Assembly (NCBI RefSeq): GCF_024521635.1
Contig: NW_026250420.1
Coordinates: 496,001-560,000, forward strand
From: Tricharina praecox
Lineage: Eukaryota
Reading direction: 5' to 3'
DNA: 64,000 nucleotides
Shown here: piece by piece, positions 12,793 to 23,874 of the stretch
Layout of the letters: each line of letters begins with the position of its first letter
Position numbering within the stretch: position 1 is the first letter of the stretch
Made by a program: the position numbers and the translations under genes
The notes under the pieces: model-generated
Seen by the model: the letters and a program-made list of their open reading frames with translations, nothing else
What the model was told of the DNA's origin: nothing
The model's database searches: none

Positions 12793-13532
12793 ATGTCCAC
12801 CCAACCGCCGCTTCAAGTACCTCCCCTCGCCCCACCCCGCCCTCCCCACCCTCCCTCCCTCCCCTCCCACCCTCCCTCCCTCCCCTCCCACCCCGCCGCC
12901 TCCCCACCCTCTCCCATCCCGCTGACACCCCCCAGGCTCCACTCCCCCCCAAACCCCCCGCCCCCTTACCCACCGACACTACAACAACAAACGACAAAAA
13001 GCGCCCCCCACCATCCCCGTCCCCACCCTCCCCCACGTCACCCACGCCCGCGGACCTCGGCCTGCCACTGTCGTTCGGCAGTACCAAGCGCGCGCGTGGC
13101 GGAGCTGAAGATGCGGCATTTTATCGCGGCGCTGGTGGGGGCGCGGGCGGGAGAGGGGGTGAGAGAGGTGGTGCGGGGGGGAGAGGGGGTGCAAGTGGGA
13201 GAGGTGGTGGCAGCGGGAGTAATACCGTTCTCGTTGGGGTGAGAGGCGCAACTTCCGCTACGGGGGCAGCGGTGGTGGGTGAGGGGGTGGATGGCGGGGC
13301 GCAGGAGGGCGGGGAGAGGGGTGGGCGTACGGACCGCGGTGCTGGTGGGAGGGGAAGGGGAAGGGGTGAGAATAGGGGTGGGAGAGGCGGTGGTGGCAGG
13401 GACGGCGGTGATAGCGGCAGGGGCCGTGGCGACAGCTGGGTGGAGTATCCGTGGGTCAAACCGAGCTTTACGCAGAACCCGTGGGCGGCGTTGGAGCGCC
13501 GGATGGGCGTGGAGAGTGCTTGGTGCGAATGA
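12793..13532 (+). CDS. ~206 aa Pro-rich/RGG-rich protein with C-terminal KPSFxxNPW (MPLKIP/TTDN1-like) motif
   Basis: Exon 1 12793-12816 (MSTQPPLQ); intron 12817-12935 (GTACCT..GCTGAC..CCAG); exon 2 is in frame with ORF 12690-13532: APLPPKPP...LGLPLSFGSTK...RGG repeats...YPWVKPSFTQNPWAALE. Confidence 0.7.
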
Positions 13533-14056
13533 GATTGAATGAGGAGTGAGTTGAATGATACCATGTGAATGATGATTTGCACGTGCTATGTACAGGAATT
13601 GATTCTGCTCAGGCGGTAACAGAAGGGGCGGATCAATGTCTTCACCGAAAGACTGAGGTTGTGATTAAAAGACTGCGAATGGAAACAAGTACAAGTACAC
13701 ATGCCGCTAGCACACCGCAACAAGGCAAGGAGAAAACAATGGAGCCACCCCGACCGTACGAATGAATTGAACAAGCAGGCAAACCAGTAGAGTAGTAGAG
13801 TAGTAGGCAGAGCCAAGTAAATATCATCGCAAGCACAGAAAAACGTGGTATGTAGCAACAGAAGCAGCAGAAGCAGCAGCAGCAGAAGCAGACAAAACAT
13901 CGACTCCGAAAAACAACAAGCGGAAAGCCCATGCGCCGGAGCCAAGAAACACCCTACCCACCGGCCCAAATCCAAACTGCAAAACAAAGAAAAAGAACCT
14001 TCCGCGGGAAGGTGCGTTCCCGTCCGCCATCCCGTTGCCGTCGATCTGTGATCTGT

Positions 14057-14927
14057 TCATGATGGCGGCGGGATTCGATCACGTGCCATATTGTATTCTA
14101 CCGGATATCTGCAGCGGAGCGGGTGGACATGTTAGTCGTGGACAGCAGACGAGCAAACAGAACAGACAGCAAACGGGTCCATTGTCATCGCCAGGGAGAG
14201 ACTCACTTCCGTTCCGTTTTTTGCTTCAGAACCCTAGACGGAGAAGGTTAGAAGTTAAAGGCGCAAGGGGATGTGGGATGGGACAACGTACCTGACTTTG
14301 CGGTGCACATAGTCCAGGTCCGCCTTGACTTCCTTTGCGATCTTCATGCCCTCGACGAAGCTCCTACGAGTCTCCGCGAGCCGTGCCTGAGCCTCCTCCT
14401 GCAGTGCGATGAGCTCCCGAGTCTTACTGTTGAGCATACCGGACCTGTATATTCGGGAGAGGTTAGACAGGGGACGAGACTCGAGCGAGCGAGCGAATGA
14501 AACTCAATGGCATCAAGGAAGGGCGAGGGGGTGGGGAGACTATATACGTCTGAGCTTGCATGGCCAAACTGCGATCCAATTGCAGCGGATCGAAGGCGCC
14601 AGCCAGTCGCTGCGTCAGCATGTCGACCATGTCGACCTCCCCACCAGCCAAGCTCTCATCCTCGGCGCTACCGGCATAGCTGGAGCTCGAGATGGAAGAC
14701 GTGCTGATGCTGGCGGCGCGGCCGTAGGATGAGGTTGGTGACGAGGCCGTGTAGGGAATGTAGCTGTTGTCGCCGGGAGAGCCGGAGGAAGGAGTGTGTG
14801 CGTGGTGGTGGTGATGGTGCGGTTTTGGGAGGACGTGGTGGTCGTGCGGAAGGCCAGTGTAGCTGGGCGCGCGAGGACGTGATGAAGGCGGCGGTGGTGC
14901 GCGGTGCGAGTAGTGGTGTGAACTCAT
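14057..14927 (-). CDS. KXD1: KxDL-domain protein (BLOC-1/BORC subunit Kxd1)
   Basis: DMVDMLTQRLAGAFDPLQLDRSLAMQAQT|SGMLNSK...AKEVKADLDYVHRKVR|VLKQKTERK|YPVEY; contains the KxDL motif; 3 introns; stop TGA at 14059-14057. Confidence 0.88.
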
Positions 14928-17900
14928 GGAGGCGATTGGGGGAGGGGGGGTTTAGGTTTGTGCTGGGATTCGGGATTCGGCGAATTGGTGCTGGCTTGCT
15001 TGCTTGCTACTAGTAGCTTCTGGGGTTGCTTGCTTCTTCCTCTTCTTCTTCAACTGACCGACTGCACAGAAACAGCCCTCAATCCGAGCAGAACGAAAAC
15101 ACTGGAGAATGGAGAGATCAACAGCCCGTGGGTGAATAGCTGGACGGAGAGACAAACAACCTGACTGGCCGACTGGAGGAAACGGAGAGGAGGGAAGCGA
15201 CGAATGACTTAAATAAGGAGCTGAGTAATGCCTGGTATGTATACAAGAACGGTAAAGATGCGAAGCTGATGGTGCGATAGAACAATACAAGGAGGTAATA
15301 GACGATGAGGTGAGGAGAGAGCGAAGCAAGAGAATGACAAGCAGGATCCGGGAGGAGGGGGGGACAGTGCGTTCGCTCGTTCGTTCAGCCAACAAGACAG
15401 ACAGCCGGGACCGGACTGACAAACTACCACCACCAGCAGCAGCACTATTTACCACTATCACTACCCTATAGCCCCCGCTTGCCTCGTCTCGCTGCAAGAA
15501 GTTCGGGGGAGGGTGGTGGTGACGATAGGACAGCAAGCCGGCTGCTGCTGGGCTGTTCCCTTCCACGGCGTTTCAGGATATTTCTGCCTGGATTATCGGG
15601 CCGCCGTAGGGAGCGGAGTGGAGGTGAAGGTGGAGGTGGAGGTGGATGTGGAGTTGAAGGCGGAGGTGGAGACGGAGGTGGAGGCGGAGGCGCGCGCGGA
15701 GGTGAGGCTCGAGGCGATGTGGACCAGTTCACTGGAGACGGCGAAGCATCATTCACCAGTGGTGGTTGCGAGGTGACGAAGATAGTACCTGGGCGGGTAT
15801 CGGTGCGAGGGAGGGAGGCAGAGGAGGACAGAGAGCGCCCGGGGTGGGGGGTTTGCGTGCAAGAGCTAGGTACAGCACCGTACCTACCTCTCTTCCCTTC
15901 CCTTCGGATATGACGAAACGGGGAAGCAGAAAGTGGAGAGGAATTGGGACCCGACAGGCGCGGCAATGCAGTCTGGCGAATTGGTGCGCATGGAAGTGAA
16001 CACCACCGCCCACACATATGGCATGGCCACCCAGTTGGAACGGGGAACTAGGGATGGGCCACCACCTTTTTGCCGCTTGCACTTTTTGGAGGGAGGGTGT
16101 GCGGAGGAGGGCGTTTAGTTACGCACTGCTGAGACACGGCCGAACGATTTTCGATTCAATCACAGCCCCACGCCCACGCTCGATAGAGTTGCGAGCATCT
16201 ATCGTGGCCATGAGCTGTCAAGACTCAGGATGAACGGAAAAAGAAAAGAAACGTGGGAGAAAAAAAGTGAGGGAAAAGCAAAAGGGAAAAGGGAAAAAAA
16301 AGTCTATGACGATCTCCATTTCACAATCTGCTCGACAATCTCCAGCCGATAGTTACGGCAGACAGACCACACTCATCTCACCAGCTCGCCGGCTGGCTGG
16401 TGGGGGGCTAGAACGGCCAGCAGCACGCCGACTCTGCACGCAGCGAAAAGCATCACGAATTCATTCAGAGATCTCTGCCAAATGGCAATGTAAGTTTCCA
16501 GCTGTCAAAAGCACACCTACTCATCCGACGTCCAGATGCAGAGTTATGATACGTAGCCTACCGCCACCCACGTCCCCTCGTTCTGGCTGAGGGGCTACAT
16601 ACCGTTGACAGGGCGTCGAACAAACACCAAACAGCGGGCTACGTGTAGCATCCGGTCCTGCACAATGCCAGTCCAGTCGCAGGGAGGACGATCCGAAGGG
16701 GAATAAGCGACTCCAGTTGTTTTGTTTCGCTGGCCCTCGGCCCACCCCTGCCCGCATGATGAATCTGCTGAGATATGATGTCCCGCACATGGATAGTTAC
16801 TCTACAGGGGTATCAATCTGAAAAGGACGACACGGATTTCTGGGACGGCGGACACATCGATATCGCTGCCTGCCTGCTGCCTGCTGCACGTATGTATGGG
16901 TCAAGCGGGACTTTGCTGCTTGCTGGCTGCTGGCGAGCGACGTGCAGATTCTGGAAAACTCCCCGCGTACTTGCCTGTGCCAGTGAGTGGTGCACACAGT
17001 ACCGTAGATAGCTTTTCCGGGGAAGAATGCCAACAACGCAGGAGAAGCTTCCCTCCCTTCTTCTTCCTTCCCCTCCAAACCATGCAGCCCGCCGGCAACG
17101 TGTTCTGCCGTGGAAAAAAAAAGAAGAAAAAGAAGAAAAATTTCAACAGTATTTTCGCGAGCGGAGGATGCGCTGTTCATCCATCTTACACGTCGTCGTT
17201 GTCCTCGTCGTCGTCAATGTTCTGCTTTGTTTGCTTTTCTGGGCTGAACCGATGCTTCCCTCTCTGAGTCTCTGGGCGGACGACGGAAACCACCGTTGCA
17301 TTTCGCTCGTCCGTCCGCAATAGTCACTTGCCTTGCAGCATCATCACGGGTCGAGGGCAATTCGACAACAGAAACAGGACCCTCCCTAGAGGGCCCTTCT
17401 TCCCTTTCTCCCTTCCTTCCTTCCTCTCTCCATCTCTGCATGCTCACGTGTTGTACATCCCACCCTCCCATTCACCAACCCATCCGTCCACATCCACGAC
17501 CACAGCCTCGGATTCTCGGTATCGCGGTATCACGGTATCGCAGCTGCAATCTCACCGCCTCACCTCCTCACATATGTATCCCCACACACCTAGCACACCC
17601 AGTACCCAACCCACGGCGCTGACTCCTATTACGGCCATCGTGGTTACATGTGTGGGTAGATGGATCATGGAAGGGCGAGTGTTTCGGGGAGTCGAAGGAG
17701 ACACCCCCGGCCTCCGGGGTGACGGGGCCTGGAAAGTAACACGTGACGGGAGGGTGGATAAGTACCCAGACAAACATCCAGCTCTCCCAGTCTATGATAC
17801 ATATGAAACCCTCGAGCTCCAGCAGCAGCAAGAACCGCTGGGAAAGGCGCAAGTAGAGGTGTAGCTGTAGCTGTGCTAGATACGGTACCTACATACAGTA

Positions 17901-18643
17901 GGTATCAGTGTATCGGCCGTCTCCGCCACCGCCCGTGGGGTCGCCTGAGAATACCTACCTCCTACCTCCTACTCTAAGTGATTATGGTCACGAGAGAGAG
18001 AGCGCGCGGCTGGAATATCCGAACCGTGGGATGGGACCTGAGATCGCACTGACGGATGGGTGTACTCTACTACTCCCCGGATGGATGGGTGTGTGGCCGT
18101 ACATACCCATTGGGAAGCTCGGCTTACAAGTATAGTATAGGTAGTAGAGTGGGGTGGGCTCGTCGCTCGTCGCTCGTCGCACGCCGTGAGATTTTGTGGT
18201 ATGTATTGTACTCATGTATGTATCAGCGGTGGTATGTATCAGCGGTGAGGAAATACTACAGGCTTCACCTTGCAATTGCTTATTCCCTAGGTGCGGTTTT
18301 GCCACCGAGGGAAGGATGGGGGTCTGTGCGAGTGCGGCGAGCGAGGAAGGTTGAGAATCCTGTCAGCTCTGGCTGGCTGTGATGGTGGCTTGAGTTTGGA
18401 ACTTTGCGTGGATGTGGGTGGGTGGGTTGGTGGGGTTGGTTATGCTTGGAAGAGTGGGAGAGAGGTGGATAGGTTTCAGCCTCTTGACTTTGGAGTATCT
18501 TGGAAGCTTCGGTGATGATTCACATTGAAATTCGCTGGCTCTGGTTGAAAAGTGACATGACTGGAGTTGCATGACACAGCACTCGGCATTTTACGCATGG
18601 AAACATTCGACACTGTTCGCGATAGCATTATTACCGCCTGCGT

Positions 18644-19728
18644 CTAACTTCTCTTCCCCCTCCCTCTGCCACCTCCCCTCCCACCTCCCTTCCCACCACC
18701 CCTCCCACCCCGCTTCCCACCCTTTCCTCTCCCACCACTCCCGCCCGTGATGCTCTCCACATCCCTCTTACTCAGCACCAGGGCACCATCCTTAAACCTC
18801 CCAACACCGGGATTATCCACGCCGGCCATCCCGCCCCTCTTCCGTTTCTTGAACTCCTTAACCTCCTTCTCCAGGACGATGCCAGACTCCTTCGCCTCCC
18901 TCCGCCGCTTCTTCTCGCGCTCCACTTTCTTCCCCTCAATCCCCTTCTTCATGTGCATCGCCATCTTCTGTGGCGCCACATCCCGCTTCCCGCCCAGAGC
19001 TTCGATCCGTATGTTCAGCGCCTTGAGGCGCGCCGCGCCAGTCGCCTCGAGCGACCCGTCGCGCCCGCCCTCAAGCAGATGCGACTCGCGGAGCAGCTGC
19101 TGCAGCGCTAAGTCGTTCTTTAGGTTCAGCGCCTCATCTTCGCCCGCGTCGTCGTCTTTCTCTTCTGGTGATTTGCCGTGGGCGCGGCCGGCAGGTGCGG
19201 TGGTCGTGGGTGTGGGCGCGAGCAGTGAGGGCGGTTTCGAGGACTGTGGTCAATCAATTAGCCTTCCCATCTAACCCCATCCCATTAAGCTGCGCAGTGA
19301 ATACGTACCATAAACGCCCTCTTCTCCCGCTTCGACAGTGATTCTGTTCTCCGCTTATCAGCGCCATGGAACACTGCCACAACACCGTCATCCTCCCAGT
19401 CGTCCTCTTCGCTGTCATCCCCGCTGTCCTCATCCCCACTGTCCTCTTCATCGTCCTCCCCCTCACCCTCCAAGCCATCGTCCTCATCTTCGTTGGAGCC
19501 ATCATCAATCACCACCTCCTTCTTCCCCTTGTCCTTCCCCTTTGTAGCGGGTGTAGCAGGCGTAGCAACAGGCGCCCCCTCCAGCGCCCCAAACCGCTCC
19601 TCAAAATGCCGTCGTAGAGCGTCTCTTGCTGCAGCTTCAGCTGCCCCATCTTCCCCGTCCCTGTCCCCATCTTTGCCGCCGTTGTCGGAGGGCGCCCGGC
19701 GCGTACGTTTTGCTGGTCGGTCCTTCAT
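18644..19728 (-). CDS. FAF1: Faf1-like pre-rRNA processing / 40S biogenesis factor
   Basis: LRRHFEERFGAL, acidic tract, LSKREKRAFM|SSKPP, LKNDLALQQLLRESHLL, KMAMHMKKGI, GVGRFKDGALVLSKRDV, RGG tail; one intron at about 19244-19307. Confidence 0.82.
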
Positions 19729-19865
19729 TGCGGGTGTACGTAAAAGCGTGGTGGAAATATGCAATGAGATTGGGGGAGGTGGCGGGGGGATGGCCGTCGG
19801 GGGCGGTGGTGCACGGGAGTGTGGGGCGGGGTGGGGAGAGCAAGGCAGCCAAGCGAAGAAATCGA

Positions 19866-19874
19866 GAAAATTTT
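19866..19874. promoter_or_regulatory. RRPE-like element (GAAAATTTT) upstream of FAF1
   Basis: AT-rich island in a GC-rich promoter, about 140 bp upstream of a ribosome-biogenesis gene; matches the yeast RRPE core. Confidence 0.4.
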
Positions 19875-21096
19875 AAGGTGCGGCTCTGTGTGCTGTCGGT
19901 CGCGACTCGCGCTGGGTTAGCGGGATTGGGCACTGGCGGGGAAGGGAAAGGGGGGACGGGATTTGCACGTGCTCTGTAGAACTCCGCTCATGCCGTACTT
20001 ACATAATTCGGACCGGCGGATTCTTGTGGCAGGAGAGGTACCAGGAGCTGTCAATAAGTGGTGCCTCACACCATTACGAACTATAAGCACTAGTCTATAT
20101 AAGGAGAGCACTCAGCCAGGTACAATGAAATAAGTGAGTGGTTGTGACTAAGTTGCTTGGGGGAAAACGCTAAGCTGTATGGGGAAAAGACTGGTGAGGC
20201 AGCACTTACCCTTACACCCGAGTACAATGACTCTGATATGCACATTCTCGACTTGTAGGCCTCATCTTCGAGAAGGTACGGTAGCGCAGTTCGTCCTAAG
20301 TTTCAGCATCTAGGGAATCTGTGCGTAAAACCCGTTTGCGGATCGAGGCATATAACCGATGCTACTCGTATATACCTTGAACAATTGTCTTCCCGTGAGT
20401 CGTCGACAGTGCTTCGGAGGAAGGACACCTTTTTTGGAAGTTTAACATCCCTCATAACGCAGCACTCGTCGCCACGTTGAAGTCTTCTATAAACTTACTC
20501 GCAAAGCTGACAGTCTGGATCTGTAACTGTCATGATTTAGGGTAATAAGGTTGAATGTAACGATGCTTAGACGGACAGAAAAAAGACAAAAAAAGGCTGG
20601 CACATGGATATCGGGAAGTGTGCTTCACCATAGTCGAGATTGGCTGTATGCGGATAATGGTGAAACATACGTAGAAACAAGGCTGACACGCTTCGTTGGA
20701 ACGGCGAGCGTTTATCGTTGGAGCTATCGTTACGGCTGGAGAAATGAGAGCTGCGCGCGTATACGAAACCGCGAGCTTTACGTGTCGTTGCCAGGTATTA
20801 TCACGGCAATAATCTGACGAATCATGATCTCACGGCGCCCTCCATCTGACGGTTTTGATGAAAGCAATCCGTCGCCCAATTCACAGTATTCCAGCTCGTA
20901 CCACACAACGCAGTAAAAAAAACAGTCGAAAGTTTGTTTAAAACCAATTCAAGTCTCCCGTGGTGAACAAGCCGGTTTTTTTCCCCTTCCTGATGACGAA
21001 CAAACAAAGTGCGAGCAAACGAGAATTTGTATTTTAAGATGCCCCCCAGCCAGAACTCCGAATGTACATCATCGTCGTCGACAGGTAATCGATCGT

Positions 21097-21434
21097 TTAC
21101 CTGTACTGTTGGGGTGTCAATCGCTGTCGCTCGCGCGAGTGGAGGAGTGCGTGGGTGGGTGCGTACCTTGATGAAACCGATGTCGGTTGACTTCTCACGG
21201 AAGCACTGACGGCAGACGTTGAGTCCGTACTTGCGGATGAGACCGGCCTTGTGGGCACAGACGCGGCTGTAGTTCGATGATCCGTCAGTTCAATGTTCGA
21301 GAGCTAGCGCTTGGAGGAGCTCCGGGTGTGGTGGTGATGGTGATGGTGATGATGGAGGTGGGGGGTGCCTACCATTGCCTGCTTCCCTTTCCGTAGGTGC
21401 GGGGACGGGAGTACCAAACGTTCTCGTGGGCCAT
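21097..21434 (-). CDS. RPS29: 40S ribosomal protein S29 (uS14)
   Basis: Exons 21434-21373, 21266-21167 and 21105-21097 give [56 protein letters not shown]. Probable 5'UTR intron at about 21597-21452. Confidence 0.97.
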
Positions 21435-21900
21435 GGTGGGTGTTTAGGTATCTGCAATTCCAGTCTCAGCCCACCACCCTTCATTCATCCCAATTTATCC
21501 CCAATTTCCCCATCCCATTCCCATCCCGCATCTCGCCTCCCCACTCTCTTTCTCTCTCTCTCCAAATTCCTCCAGATTGTCGGGAAAAATAACATACTCG
21601 TTTTCGTGTGAAGAAACGGTTCGGTCGGGCGGCGGGGGTCGTTTGGCGTTGGTCGTTCGGTCGGTCGTTCGGTCGTCGGTCGTGCGTAAGGGGAGGGAAT
21701 TCTTGTGTGTGTGCAAGAAAGACAGGGATTGTGGCGTTGGTGCGATTTAGCGGTTGTGTGGTGCGTCGGCCACAGTCAGCGAGGGCAGGAGCCCTTATCG
21801 CTCAGCTCGCGGAGCCGCATCTCTTATCGGCGACTAAGCGGGGGAACTGTCGCGTCCTCCCGCTCAGTCCATACAACACAACAGAGACGCGTCGAGCAGT

Positions 21901-22383
21901 ATGGTATTTACGACCCCCTCCCACCCCCTGCCCGAGCTGTGAGATATATGGACTGACAAGAGCAGTCTAAAGATTCCGCCAGAACGCACGTCCACCTGTC
22001 TTCCGGGCGCATCGCGGACCTGTTCGAAGACTTCTGTCGCGACAAGCTTCCGGACGACGACATCTACGTTCCTCCGCACCACCAGCCGATTAATCCCGAA
22101 GATGAAGACGACGTGATCCCCGACCAACACGGTACGAACTAGCTGCCACCGCCACCACCCCCCTCCCTTATTCATCTCTTCCCCAACCCCTCGGCTTGCC
22201 GCTGACGCGCTACAAACAGCGGCTTTTGGAATCGCCCAGGCGCAGCAGAAGAAGCGTGAGCCGGCGTGGAAGGATCTCGGACTGCAGGACTTGATCGAGA
22301 GATACGCGGGTGCGGCTTCGTCGGCGACGGGATCCGGCTCCGGTGCGATCGGTATCGATTCGCCTAGGAAGATGCCGAGATAG
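21901..22383 (+). CDS. APC13: Anaphase-promoting complex subunit Apc13/Swm1
   Basis: ATG (21901-21903), intron 21904-21965, then SKDSARTHVHL...ADLFEDFCRDKLPDDDIYVPPHHQPINPEDEDDVIPDQHA|AFGI...REPAWKDLGL; stop TAG 22381-22383. Confidence 0.88.
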
Positions 22384-22713
22384 GTGTTTATGGCCTGTGT
22401 ATGGAGACGGGTTGCGCGTAATACTCTATTGATACCCCTACTTTTTATGCATTTTTTTCGAAGTTGTTTCCACTATACACCGGAACGTAGCCAGCGCTGC
22501 TTCTACCTGGGGCATTTCGTGGTGATGTCGAGGGTTTGATCGTCATTGATCTAAAGAGTGGGGCAGAGCAGATATGAGGTGGAGTGCTTTGCTATACGGA
22601 AGAACTTATCATATCAAGCGCTCAACGCATGGATATGGATATAGATATGGATTTCGACAGCCGTAGGCTCAGCAAAGATACTTATGTGGTAATGAGTGTG
22701 AGTGTGTATGAGC

Positions 22714-23236
22714 CCAGTGTTCTACATACCTAGTCCAGTCCAGTCCGTCCGGACCTATGGACGGGACTGGAATACTTCCCGTCCGTCCGGAGGTGTGTGC
22801 TGGACGGACTAGGTAGTCCACCGGTAAGGTCGGATGGGACGGACTGCAGTCGACTGCAGTCGACGACCAAGAATGATCAGTGAGGTTATTGAGGGCCATT
22901 CGCGCGCGGCCGCCCCAATGTGGTTCCAACAATTTCAACGACAATATTGAACAACATCGCCAACTCAGTCCCCGGAAGTTGAAACCGGCCCATCATGTCA
23001 ATGCCCTCACTATGCTGGCTGAGAGCTGGGTAGACACTTTCGGTCCCATAGACTTAATAGTCGTGTATGAGGTATGCGCTGAAAAGAGCAGCTTTTTTCA
23101 CTGTTGGACTGCAGTCGACCCCCATCCGGCGGACGGGATGGACTACCTACTTTTATCCCGTCCTCCAAAAGGAACGGACTTATCCCGTCCATGATCCCGT
23201 CCAGTCCGTCCGAGTCCGGACCATGTAGAACACTGG
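22714..23236. mobile_element. Non-autonomous TIR element (MITE), hAT-like
   Basis: Perfect TIR CCAGTGTTCTACAT / ATGTAGAACACTGG; flanking direct repeat (G)TATGAGC at 22706-22713 and 23236-23243; imperfect inverted subterminal arms rich in GTCC/GGAC; no transposase ORF. Confidence 0.8.
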
Positions 23237-23874
23237 TATGAGCTGTGGCAACACTGTACAGCGGGACGACAGGGCGATACGGTACCTAACATAAGGCGGA
23301 AGTGTTCGGTCCGTGGACTCCCCGGTTACATAGACACGTGCCGATGCCGGATAGGAACACGGGACGAGTGATGTCCTCACGGGCGCTCGACCGGGGCGGC
23401 ATACAGAAACCAGGGTAACATAATACCGGATAGATTTGGAATATTCCGAGCCGACTCCTGACAATATGGCGACAGCCCACCAGGCTTCGTCTATGTCCCC
23501 CCGCAGGTCTGGCAGGAACGACAATAAATTGATGTTCCCTCTCTCTCTCTCCGAGTCCCTGACAGACTCATATCCAGCATGTCGAGCCACCTACCAGGTG
23601 GAATTATTTGGATCATTATTTAATATGTATGTACATTATTTTCCCATCCCCGACCTAGGACGAAAAGATGGACTGGGGGAGGGGGGCGCATCATCGTTTC
23701 TCGTACAGTCCATCAGCCAAATCCGTACAAAACACATGCACAAACCGGGCCTGCCGTGGAGCCTGGCTGTGTATATCGCATGGTAAGAATCGCCCCCGAT
23801 GCCTCCTTAACGCCGAGGGAACAAGCAATCCGTCGACGGAAATCTCTAATCAACCCTCCACCGCCGCCGTTCCC

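Noticed and set aside
12487..13242. 251-aa Pro/His-rich ORF and overlapping reverse ORFs
   Set aside because: Explained by the C-rich intron and leader of the spliced 12793-13532 gene.
17936..17956. GGGGTCGCCTGAGAATACC, resembling the 5' half of a TPP riboswitch
   Set aside because: The 3' half (GAAC.TGAT...TAAT...CG) is missing and there is no thiamine gene nearby.
21598..21612. RPS29 upstream exon translates as SHEN, echoing the real N-terminus AHEN
   Set aside because: Only about 11 nt of similarity and no in-frame ATG; likely chance.
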